From Macrostomum lignano (lineage: Eukaryota), in NCBI GenBank assembly GCA_002269645.1, contig NIVC01000948.1, positions 110,708 to 174,707 of the forward strand: a stretch of DNA of 64,000 nt. The letters are read 5' to 3'. Both the position numbers and the translations under genes were made by a program. The notes below the pieces were generated by a model, which saw nothing but the letters and a program-made list of their open reading frames with translations, was not told the origin of the DNA and did not search any database. Below, piece after piece: positions 11,736 to 22,380 of this stretch. Each line of letters opens with the position of its first letter. The first letter of the stretch is position 1.

Positions 11736-12116
11736 TGCGACTCAGGTTCCTTAGGAGCTTTAGCAACTTTAGGAGTCTCAAGGCTTCTCATGTAACACAG
11801 AAGCCGCAGAAGCTTCAGGAGTCCTGAAGCGACTCAAGAACATCAGTAACCTCATGAAACTTCATGAGTCATCAAGATTTAATGTATGAAAATCGATGTT
11901 GGAAGCTTGAGTTCGACGCTATAGAGCTTTTGGTGTGTTTGTACGTCTCCTCATGTTTTAAAAAACAATTTGATTGTCAGTGAGTGCTCGTGCAGACAGA
12001 ATTGTCACAGTACATTGTTTTTGTAATTTCAAGTGTAGTTTTGTATTATTACATAGTTTTCTGTTTAAATTGCTTTTCAAGCATACTCTACAATGATGAT
12101 GAGCATTTATTGAAGA

Positions 12117-12790
12117 TGGATCTGGGAGGCTGGCCCAGCAACTGAGGATCTGGGAGGCTGGCCCAGCGACTGAGGATCTGGGAGGCTGGCACAGCGACTG
12201 AGGATCTGGGAGGCTGGCCCAGCAACTGAGGATCTGGGAGGCTGGCCCAGCAACTGAGGATCTGGGAGGCTGGCCCAGCGACTGAGGATCTGGGAGGCTG
12301 GCCCAGCGACTGAGGATCTGGGAGGCTGGCCCAGCAACTGAGGATCTGGGAGGCTGGCCCAGTAACTGAGGATCTGGGAGGCTGGCCCAGCAACTGAGGA
12401 TCTGGGAGGCTGGCCCAGCAACTGAGGATCTGGGAGGCTGGCCCAGCAACTGAGGATCTGGGAGGCTGGCCCAGCAACTGAGGATCTGGGAGGCTGGCCC
12501 AGCAACTGAGGATCTGGGAGGCTGGCCCAGCAACTGAGGATCTGGGAGGCTGGCCCAGCAACTGAGGATCTGGGAGGCTGGCCCAGCAACTGAGGATCTG
12601 GGAGGCTGGCCCAGCAACTGAAGATCTGGGAGGCTGGCCCAGCGACTGAGGATCTGGGAGGCTGGCCCAGCGACTGAGGATCTGGGAGGCTGGCATAGCT
12701 GCTGAGGATCTGGGAGGCTAACCCAGCAAATGACACTCTGGGCGGCTGGCACAGTAACTGAAAATCTGGTAGGCTGGCCCAGCGGCTAGG
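12117..12790 (-). repeat. 28-bp minisatellite, same family as 10484-10930 in inverted orientation
   Basis: Unit gatctgggaggctggcccagcaactgag is the reverse complement of ctcagttgctgggccagcctcccagatc. Confidence 0.95.
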
Positions 12791-13154
12791 GATATGCAAG
12801 GTGACAGAAAGTAATGAAAATATAACACGGGCTTTATTCTTTTTTGCTTGACAAAGGATCTGTTGATGAGTTAATTTGAGTGGCTTATATTTACTTTCAA
12901 TCTTCAACTGTCAGTTATTCCGTCTATAGAACGGATCTGATGGCAGATTCGGGGATCAATTCGAGAGATTACCGACTCTCCTTTGCCTGAAGCAGTCCGT
13001 CCGTGAATTTCAAGCAGCTTGCAGTCCAACATCGTGTCGGGTAGATCAAAAGCAGACAAAATAATTTTTCGAAATAACACCAAAGAGATTCAATTTCTTT
13101 TCGAATGACGAGTAAATTTCTTCAACGAAGCGTGCAGATGCTTTTTTCCCAGGT

Positions 13155-13375
13155 GAGCCAAGCTCAGCGGTGCCGGTGAAAGCGTCTGGCACTCGCTTCA
13201 TGACCCCTGGTTCGATTCCGTACGCTTCCATTTGAGGCTTGTGCACGGAAATTGGATGAGGGTTGACGTGCGATTCACGCGCCAATGAGGGCCACCCCTC
13301 CCCCCCCCCAAGGCACCGGGAGTGTACATTCCTGACGATCAGAAAGTCAGGGCCGTTGTGCACCCTGTTTGAGAC
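13155..13375 (+). mobile_element. tRNA-derived SINE (family A) with conserved hairpin core
   Basis: A-box-like AGCTCAGCGG (~13161), B-box GGTTCGATTCC (~13209), core CCTGAC-N9-GTCAGG at 13331-13351 followed by ggccgttgtgcaccctgt; core shared with 4 other loci. Confidence 0.65.
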
Positions 13376-13883
13376 TTTATTTGCAAGAGTCTTTCTCAAG
13401 ATTTCGTCTTGAAAGTCATACAGACTTCTTGTCCCACCCAAGCCTCAGGACCATGAGCCTTACCTGTACACTATGCTGGATTTCCCTTTCTCGAACTCTT
13501 CAAACTGAGTCAGATGTTCAATCATCAAAATACACATATTCGAGCTCTAGTTCACTAGGTAACACTAAAATTTTGTCAAGTATATTAACTCAGTAATACA
13601 AGAATTAGCTGATCCTATTATATCTCGGTTGACTTTTGCATATCCTTGCTACTGCAAGTAAAATATATGCATATAGCTACATGTATATTTGTGCTTCACC
13701 TAAAAATCTGGGACCCTTTTTGGGACTTTTTGTATCTTAGAAATCCTTCGATGGCAGCAATCCTTCAGCGGACCTGCAAGCATTAGTCTATGGCAATAAC
13801 TTATTTAATTTTTATATTATCCATTGCATCATATGGGCTTTAGCCTCAGAGTATTCTTAAAAAAAGTCGTCTGGAGAGCAATA

Positions 13884-14249
13884 CGGCCTCTGGTGCTGGC
13901 GCCTCTGGTGCTGGCGCCTCTGGTGCTGGCGCCTCTGGTGCTGGCGCCTCTGGTGCTGGCGCCTCTGGTGCTGGCGCCTCTGGTGCTGGCGCCTCTGGTG
14001 CTGGCGCCTCTGGTGCTGGCGCCTCTGGTGCTGGCGCCTCTGGTGCTGGCGCCTCTGGTGCTGGCGCCTCTGGTGCTGGCGCCTCTGGTGCTGGCGCCTC
14101 TGGTGCTGGCGCCTCTGGTGCTGGCGCCTCTGGTGCTGGCGCCTCTGGTGCTGGCGCCTCTGGTGCTGGCGCCTCTGGTGCTGGCGCCTCTGGTGCTGGC
14201 GCCTCTGGTGCTGGCGCCTCTGGTGCTGGCGCCTCTGGTGCTGGCGCCG
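13884..14249. repeat. 15-bp tandem repeat, same unit as 1-310
   Basis: (GCCTCTGGTGCTGGC)n, about 24 copies. Confidence 0.97.
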
Positions 14250-14979
14250 TATGAAGCTTAACCTCTGTGCCGAATGAAGTTAGTCGAAGGGTAAATCTGC
14301 TGCAGTGTGAATATTCTGAATAAAGTTTGCTAAATTGAAATTCTTTATGTAGAATACAACAGCTAAATACGATCGAGTATACTGCTTCGTAATATCCCAT
14401 TCAAGATGGAGTGCCATATTCAATTCTGGAAACATTGGATCTAGGTAGGCACATGAACCTCGCTTTGCATGACGCAGTTGGAGGGTCAGGGTCTGGTAAA
14501 GGTTAGCTTGACAAAAATTATCGAGTTAATTTATCTGAAAATCGATAAGTCTTCCAGCATCGTGAACTTTAACTGAGTCTTGTTACAGCCTGAACGTTAG
14601 CACAAGCATAATTGGGCAAACAATTATCTTCGCTAGTAGGGCTGGATGGGTGCTGAGTCAGCCAGGTCATAAAATTCATATCGCTGCCCTGATTTCGCAC
14701 TTAGAATCGGGGTGGGGGTGCCTGGGTTTTTGATCTTTCAGTCGGCGCTACGACCGAGGGAGGGCTTTGATCACGTAATGACACACCTCACCCAGCCGCG
14801 GCGCCCTAATGGCGATGCACTTTAACTCTCGGTCTCTGGAATTCAATCGGAGCCATACAGCCCCGCAGTCTGCACGCACCTCTGAATGCGCAACAGCTTT
14901 GAGACGCAATCAGGCTGATTGTATCATGCTTGCAGATCACAGCGCCAGGGGCGAGAAGCTCTACACATAGGTAGTCCCG

Positions 14980-15105
14980 CGTGCAGCCAATCAGAATTGA
15001 GCTGGCTGATTCAGAACCCCCGCTGTGCCGTGAGCCGATTAGATCACCGTGATTTACCTGGCCTCTCCTCAGGTGGGGTGGTTGGCTCATTTTGGCTATA
15101 AAAAT
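14980..15105 (+). promoter_or_regulatory. Putative promoter of the TIS11-like gene (CCAAT box, TATA box)
   Basis: AGCCAATCAG at ~14985 and TATAAAA at 15097-15103, ~145 nt upstream of ATG 15244. Confidence 0.5.
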
Positions 15106-15243
15106 AACTGAATTTTTGCAGTCGCGTTCTACTCTTAACAATTTCTACACAGATTGCAGAGGCCATCTTCACTGATATTCCGGTTGCCCCAGAGTTGCTC
15201 TCTTCTCTCTCTCTATCTCTCGCTCTCGCAGAGTTTATTCCCA

Positions 15244-16566
15244 ATGGAGCTTCAACAGCAGGTGCATCAGCCGCAGGTGTCCGACTTTGCCGAGCTGCCA
15301 CCGTCTGGGTCGCCACCGAGCTGTCTCAACTCTGCTGCCTACAGCTCGGCTGCCGTGCCTCTGTTGCAATTCTCGCCGCCCCAGCAGCAGCCACCGGTCC
15401 TCTACTACCCATCAAATGACGCCGTGTACCCACCTGCCGCACCTATTCCTGGCCAGGCCGCCGCTGTGTTGCCGCATCCGTACCTGCAGCCAGCCGAGGT
15501 CTATCAGCAGCAGCAGCAGTACTACTACCGCCATGCCACCGCCCACCGTCCGTCTCCGGACGAGCTCGGCTCTGCTGCCAAGTTCTCGCCGCCTCCGCCG
15601 ACCTCTCTGTGCTTCGCCTACTCTTCGCCGCCGCCGCCGCCGCCTCCGCCAGCCTGCTGCTGCGCCCAGCTGCACTACCAGCAGCAGCAGCCCTGCTGCT
15701 CTCCCGGCCTGCAGCAGCAGCAGGCGGTCCTGTTCCAATGCCCCGCTCCGCCGCCTGCGTTCCATCCACTGCCTGCATCCGCCGCTCCGGTGCCAGCCCT
15801 GCTGACTGCGCCGCCAGTGCAGCAGCCACCCGTTGTGCCATCGAATCCGCCGAACGATCTGCTTGCCGCCGCCTCCTGGACTGCACGTCGGCAGCAGCAG
15901 CAGCAACTGGCGAAGCCGTCGCAACATCAGCGCCGCAGAAACGGCTACATGCACAACATTCTGTACAAGACTGAGCTCTGCCGGGACATCCAAGACCGCG
16001 GCGCCTGCCCTCGCGGCCGCGCCTGCCAGTTTGCTCACTCTCCTGTCGAGCTGCACGACCCTCGACTGCATCCGCTGTACAAAACTGCCGCTTGTCACGA
16101 CTTCAAGTTCCGAGGCCAGTGTCCGCGCGGCGACCAGTGCTTCCACGTGCACGAGGCGCCCAACGCTCCGCAGCAGCAGCCGCCGCCTCCGTCGCAGCCA
16201 CAAACGACTCCGCAACCACCAAAGTCTCTCTCGGAGGAGACGCCAAAGGCGGCAGTTGAGGCCTCTCCACCAGCGCGACCATCCACCAGCCGCGGCGCCT
16301 CTGGAAGCCGCGGGCGACGTCGCCGAAGCCCTCCTGCCGCTGCTACGGGCCAGCAGCCGTCGAACGAGTTCAGCAACCGGCGCTTTGCTCGCCACTCTGA
16401 CGGTGGTCGCGGAGGCGGCGGCGGCAAGTCCTCTTACCACCACCTGCTCAAGAAGCTGGCTGGAGCCTCCACGTCCACTGCCGCAGTGGACAGCATGGAA
16501 GCTGCGATGAAGCGCCTGCACCTGGGCAGCGAGGTCGGCGCTGTCACCTGTGCAGTGGTTTCTTGA
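15244..16566 (+). CDS. ZFP36: TIS11/ZFP36 (tristetraprolin)-family tandem CCCH zinc-finger protein, intronless
   Basis: Two CX8CX5CX3H fingers with YKTEL/YKTAA lead-ins and an 18-aa linker (YKTELCRDIQDRGACPRGRACQFAH...YKTAACHDFKFRGQCPRGDQCFHVH); Pro/Gln-rich N-terminus; U-rich 3' UTR with AATAAA ~16777. The symbol denotes the family, not strict orthology. Confidence 0.85.
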   Translation: MELQQQVHQPQVSDFAELPPSGSPPSCLNSAAYSSAAVPLLQFSPPQQQPPVLYYPSNDAVYPPAAPIPGQAAAVLPHPYLQPAEVYQQQQQYYYRHATAHRPSPDELGSAAKFSPPPPTSLCFAYSSPPPPPPPPACCCAQLHYQQQQPCCSPGLQQQQAVLFQCPAPPPAFHPLPASAAPVPALLTAPPVQQPPVVPSNPPNDLLAAASWTARRQQQQQLAKPSQHQRRRNGYMHNILYKTELCRDIQDRGACPRGRACQFAHSPVELHDPRLHPLYKTAACHDFKFRGQCPRGDQCFHVHEAPNAPQQQPPPPSQPQTTPQPPKSLSEETPKAAVEASPPARPSTSRGASGSRGRRRRSPPAAATGQQPSNEFSNRRFARHSDGGRGGGGGKSSYHHLLKKLAGASTSTAAVDSMEAAMKRLHLGSEVGAVTCAVVS

Positions 16567-17369
16567 TTCATTTTGTTAGCTTCATTTTTTTGCATGCAAC
16601 CTGCTTAAGGATTTTCGTTTTTGGAGATTTATTGTTTTTGCCTTCGGTGGCGTTTCTGAAAACTTGTTCTGGTTTTGTTTAATCAAAATACTTCCATACC
16701 GTTAAATAGAAATCTAGGTCTTGTTATCGCTGGAAAACTTCTGCTTGCATGCTTTTTTCGTTGGTTCTTCTTTGTAAATAAATAAACTTTGTTCGATTGA
16801 ACCGGAATTGAACAGTTTTTTGCTTTTCAGGAAAAGGTTTCTTGTTTCTTGGTTTCCTTATCCAGCCGGTCCTTTGTGACCGGATTCGTGAGCTTTCTGA
16901 GTAACTAGAAAAAACTTTAACAAATACTTAACTACTTGGACTATACTTATAAACGCAAACTGAAACTCTTTGATCCTTCGGCCTCTCAAAGCTCTGCTCA
17001 AACTGCAGTCAACTGCGCATTTCCTTTGAGACATGCCGACATGCACAAACGCTTTATTCAGCTGAACAGTTTCAAAATCCCATTTGTGGAGGCCGGGAAC
17101 CAGGATTACCTGACAAACACTCGTAAAAAAGGGATAAAAGGTGTTAAATGTCTTCCAGTTTTTCAGCTCTCCGCGTTACAAAGCTACAGTGGATTTTGTC
17201 GGGTGAGTCTACCTTGATCAGGTCACTTAGTTTGCTACTCTGAACTCAGTGCGAATTTCCTGTCGCTTTTTCTTCATATCAAATCCGACCATTTATTCAA
17301 AATTTTTCAAAGGTGCATTCGTCAGTTCAGTGTAGGATTTCTGTAACCGTAGGAAGGAATACCTGAAAT

Positions 17370-17696
17370 ATGAAACCTGGCCTGCGCTGCGCACCTCTGC
17401 TGCTCTTGCTGCTCACTGTGCTCAGCCCCTCGGCCGACTGCTCGACTGTCCGCGCAGCCAACGCAACTTTGAGCGAGCAAGCGTTCAGCACGTGCAAGAT
17501 AATCTGGCTGGAGAGCTACCAGTTCTTGCTCAGCCTGGAGCAGATGCAGATCGCGTCGCATAAAACTCTGCTGCACCGGCGACTCTCAGCTGCCAGAGCT
17601 GCTAACCGAGCCATACAACTGCTGGCGCGGCTGCAGAAGGCCATTCAGGACCTGCAGCTGACCGACACCACAGTTAGTCAGTGCGGCGGGGTCTGA
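17370..17696 (+). CDS. Small secreted, predicted helical protein of unknown function (108 aa)
   Basis: Signal-peptide-like MKPGLRCAPLLLLLLTVLSPSADC, NAT sequon, amphipathic segments; GC-rich, CTG-rich codons in AT-rich flanks. Confidence 0.6.
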   Translation: MKPGLRCAPLLLLLLTVLSPSADCSTVRAANATLSEQAFSTCKIIWLESYQFLLSLEQMQIASHKTLLHRRLSAARAANRAIQLLARLQKAIQDLQLTDTTVSQCGGV

Positions 17697-18109
17697 TTCC
17701 TGAGTAACCTGCAGTACAAGCTGAACTGATGATATTGCTGCTGCACTCGGCGCTATATTGAAATAGATAGACGACTTAAAATAGCGCCAAAAACTCCAAG
17801 GTTTCGGGCATAAATATCTTGACTTCAAACCAACGCTTATTGTCTTGTGTTCGGGGAAGCCTTCATTATTTAATTGGTTCTCAGCTCTTTTAGTAGCTCA
17901 TATTAGTATTGAAAGAATGATCTAACTCTTCAAAGCTAAGTCAATTTGTTAGAAACTTCCACTTCTCTTTATAATACCAATGTGAGATGGGGGAACTTGT
18001 CTGTTTTTGGGGTCGTAAATTGACTATTTCTAACCATCTGGCCTCCTGAATGCTGATTTTGAAGTTTGCCTTATTCGCCTTGCTTTCAATCAAAGAATGC
18101 TATTAGAGA

Positions 18110-18710
18110 TAAGGAGATTAGAGATTGAAGATAAGATAATGGAGAGTAGAAATTAAAAACTAGAGATTAGAGATTACAGATTGAAGATTATAAATTGGAG
18201 ATTGGAGATTAGTGATTGGAGACTGAAAATTTGAGATTTGAGATTTGAAATTAGAGCTTAAAGTTTGGGGTTTAGAGATTAGACCTTGCAGATTGGACAT
18301 TAGAGATTGGAGATTGGAGATCAGAGATAGGAGATTAGAGATTGCATATTGGAGAGTACAGATTGGAGAGTACAGATTAGGGATTAGAGCTTAGAGATAG
18401 AAGATTAGGGATTAGAGCTTAGAGATAGAAGATTAGGGATTGAATATTAGAGATTAGAGCTTTGGAGATTAGAGATTATAGTTAGAAGATTAGATTTGTA
18501 CATTGGAGAGTACATATTGGAGAGTAGAGATTCAGGATTAGAGATTAGAGATTGGAGATAGGAGATTAGATATATGAGATTTGAGATAGGAGATTAGAGA
18601 TTGGATTAGAGATTAGAGTTTGTATATCGGAGAGTAGAGGTTGTAGAGTGGAGATTAGATGTCAGGGGATTGGAGATTAGAGATCGAATATTTGATATTA
18701 CAGATTAGTC
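18110..18710. repeat. Degenerate GATTAG/GATTGGA-type repeat
   Basis: Low-complexity run of gagattag/gagattgg variants. Confidence 0.85.
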
Positions 18711-19684
18711 ATACGCAAAAGTACTTTGTGTCCGTTTAAGAAATTTGCTTTTTTCGACTCCTTTTGGAGAATTGATAGCCTAAAAAATGTAGAATAACCC
18801 AGGACGTCAGTGCATTGAAGATGTGCGGCTGCTGATGATGTCCTACCGCAGATCCCGCTGTCCTAATAGAGCTTACCATGCCAGAATCAAAAAATGCATC
18901 TGCATATTGTAAAGTACGGCTTGTGGGCTTGCATGACAGACTGGATTCTGGGCCACGGCAGTTCAGATTGCAAGGCTTCCATGAGGCTCCTAGTCAACTG
19001 AATGCAGACTAACTGTAGATATATATGAGAAGCAGCAGCTGTCAGATGCAGGACAAGTGAGTTATAAGCGACAAGGCTGTGAGCAAGGTATATATTGAAG
19101 GCTTGCGACATCAATTTTAATCTTTCCATCGCTGTTTGCAAGCACGCTGGTTGGTCACGCAAAGATTGGGACACGGGAAGTCTGGGTTTCATTGGGGATC
19201 TGCCGGATGTTTTGAGAGTTTAGGGAGGATTTGCTAGTTGATCGCATCTGAAGTTAGACTATGGAATGTTGAGCATACTGAGTACTGAATTTCACTTGCT
19301 GACTATATATAGCTCGCATGTGCCGAACTCAAACGTACCAGTAGCAAAATTGAGATGATGCTGCATTGACGCACAGAATGACGGCTCAATTCAGTCGCTA
19401 CAAACATGCACGCACGCGTCTGTATCCTTGTTTAATAAAAATTAATATTTATGAAGTTCATCAATGCGTGCTTCTCTTGTTCTTCTGTGGTTCAGGAAAA
19501 CTTTATTGACCCTGGCTATTGTGCATGTACATGTATTCTAGATCAAAAACAATTTTAAATGTATTTGGACACCTCAGTGAATATTTTAAGATACAGCCAT
19601 CTCAAGGTCTCCGATGCACCTGTTGGCTGTCTCAGGGTGTTTGAGAATCTGAGAGAGCCACAGAGAGTTCTCAGGAAGTAGACA

Positions 19685-20542
19685 CATCAGGTGTAGTTTA
19701 ACTCGCATCAGGTGTAGTTTAACTCACATCAGGTGTAGCTTAACTCACATCAGGTGTAGTTTAACTCACATCAGGTGTAGCTTAACTCACATCAGGTGTA
19801 GCTTAACTCACATCAGGTGTAGTTTAACTCGCATCAGGTGCAGTTTAACTCGAATCAGGTGTAGCTTAACTCACATCAGGTGTAGCTTACCTCACATCAG
19901 GTGTAGTTTAACTCGCATCAGGTGCAGTTTAACTCGAATCAGGTGTAGCTTAACTCACATCAGGTGTAGTTTAACTCGCATCAGGTGCAGTTTAACTCGA
20001 ATCAGGTGTAGTTTAACTCACATCAGGTGTAGCTTAACTCACATCAGGTGTAGCTTAACTCGCATCAGGTGTAGCTTAACTCGCATCAGGTGTAGTTTAA
20101 CTCGCATCAGGTGCAGTTTAACTCACATCAGGTGTAGCTTACCTCACATCAGGTGTAGTTTAACTTGCATCAGGTGCAGTTTAACTCGAATCAGGTGTAG
20201 CTTAACTCACATCAGGTGTAGTTTAACTCGCATCAGGTGCAGTTTAACTCGAATCAGGTGTAGCTTAACTCACATCAGGTGTAGTTTAACTCGCATCAGG
20301 TGTAGTTTAACTCGCATCAGGTGCAGTTTAACTCGAATCAGGTGTAGTTTAACTCACATCAGGTGTAGTTTAACTCGCATCAGGTGCAGTTTAACTCGAA
20401 TCAGGTGTAGCTTAACTCACATCAGGTGTAGTTTAACTCGCATCAGGTGTAGTTTAACTCGAATCAGGTGTAGCTTAACTCACATCAGGTGTAGTTTAAC
20501 TCGCATCAGGTGTAGTTTAACTCGAATCAGGTGTAGTTTAAC
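19685..20542. repeat. 21-bp minisatellite (catcaggtgtagtttaactc[a/g])
   Basis: Direct reading, ~40 copies; followed by a 60-bp x2.3 repeat at 20566-20705. Confidence 0.95.
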
Positions 20543-21205
20543 CAAGGACCTATAGATCAGCCAACGACACGAACTGGACAGATGACCCTCTGGTAGGACA
20601 AATGGCACTATGTGGATAAAGGAATGACACGAACTGGACAGATGACCCTCTGGTTGGACAAATGGCACTATGTGGATAAAGGAATGACACGAACTGGACA
20701 GATGTCCTGGCCGAAGAAGTTATATTATAAAAATATTAAGTTTCAGTTCGATATGCAAGTAGTGGACATAGGACCCGAGAAAGGTGTAGGTATACGAGTA
20801 TAAAGTAAAAAATGGAAGCTAAAGAACAATATTAAAATTTATTAAATTTTGATATTAAACAATGTTACGACTATATTTGTTTTAATACACCACAATTTAA
20901 TGCACCGTTACTTACAGAATTTTACAAAATAAAATTTTATTAGCATTATTAAAGTCTTTTTACTACTTAACTACTGCAGTACGAATAGTAAAATAAAATA
21001 TAATAAAATATAAAAAATATAAAAATGTAATAAAAATCACAATTTAATAAAATATAAAAAATAAAAAATATAAAAAAATATAATTAAATATAATAAAGTA
21101 CAATAAATTGTAGTAAAATACAATAAAATAAGATAAAATAAAATAAAATATAATAAAAGAACACAAACTGCCAGTTAAAAGTCCGACCACGCGTTGGCGG
21201 CTCAC

Positions 21206-21399
21206 CAAAAAAATCGCACGTGCATGCTGCCTCCTCGGGAAGGTTTTTCTCCTTTAGGTGACAGGCAAACCATGGCCGGCCACCAGCATTCTTTCCCGTT
21301 CGGCCAATATGTGCAAACAAAGTCGCCCTGCTCGCGCCTCTTTCCGGCCGGTTTCTCGCCTGTGACACTTGGCACTGCTGCTTGCAGATTGTTGGCAAC
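21206..21399 (-). CDS. Isolated exon encoding a GRF-type zinc-finger-like sequence
   Basis: AG acceptor at 21401/21400 and GTGAGC donor at 21205; translation ...AHIGRTGKNAGGRPWFACHLKEKNLPEEAACTCDFF resembles the zf-GRF consensus (NxGRxFyxC...CxFF). Host gene unknown. Confidence 0.45.
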
Positions 21400-21775
21400 C
21401 TAAATTGGGCGGAAGGTTTGACGGCTCTTTTATTTACTTTTCTGTGATTAATCTAATAATAATAATGAAATTTTTTTTAACATTCAAATCACCTGGCCAG
21501 TCGACACTACAACTGTTTTTATAAGTAGGTCGCTGCCCGCCCTTCGGTAGCGGTCTGCATGCATTTGGCATGCATCACGTGTAATTTATCATTTCTGATA
21601 TTAGGGATAATAAAGATTAAAGACATTCTTTGTTGGTGTAGTGTAAATAATTTATATAACTAAATATACAGCATAAAACGATAAGAAATATCCATAAGTA
21701 TCCCTCGCCTGTCGATTGCAAACCAGCTAGGTCACAATAATAAGAACGGAAGATATTGCTGAATCGCAGTGATAA

Positions 21776-22380
21776 CTAAGTCTACCTCTAGGTCTACATG
21801 TACCTCGGCGGTCTGGTTCCTGGCATTCGCGATGATTTGCGGCGTCGCCGCGGGCTTGCCTGGGCTGCCTTTCGTTCTGTGAGGGCAGTCCTGCAGTCCG
21901 GGGCCTTACCTGACCGCCAGAGGGCGGCGTTGTTCCGACGGTGATCGAAACGGTCCTGTTATACAACGCCGAGACCTGGACGCTGACGGAGTCGCTCGAG
22001 CAACAAGTTGACGCGGCGCACGCTGGCCTGCTGCGCGCCGCCTTCAAGATAGGCTACGAGCGAGTGACCAACGCGGCTTTGTATCACCGCGCCGGCCTAG
22101 TCCGTCCAAGCGACCTGCTGCGCCGTCGGCGACTCCAGCTGGCAGGCCACATAATCCGCGCCGAGTCGATACTGCCCAGAGCCGTTGCAGGAGGTGCTGC
22201 TGCTAACGCTGCAGGCACCCTACCGGCGGGGGCAGGCGCGCACTCGGCGTTTCGTCGACTGCTTGCTGGCTGACGCCGCGGCGCCCCGGATTCGGCCGGC
22301 GGCGTGGCGTTTATTCGCGACCTGGCCTTGAGGCGCGCCCTCTGACGCTAACTGCGTATTCTGTTGCTGTCGTTGTTGTT
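21776..22380 (+). mobile_element. 5'-truncated RTE-clade LINE with frameshifts
   Basis: YMYLGG, AWAAF, VLLYNAETWTL and LQLAGHI motifs of the RTE C-terminus; (TTG)n tail; TSD GCAGTGATAA at 21766-21775 and 22381-22390. Confidence 0.85.

Noticed and set aside
17694-17780. Selenocysteine at the orphan gene's TGA (ATGA...TGAA stem just downstream)
   Set aside because: The candidate stem lacks the apical AA of a SECIS and is only ~30 nt from the UGA.
18870-19192. Minus-strand 101-aa ORF near a GTAAGC donor
   Set aside because: No recognisable domain, no acceptor or start assigned, and it needs a frameshift to reach the donor.
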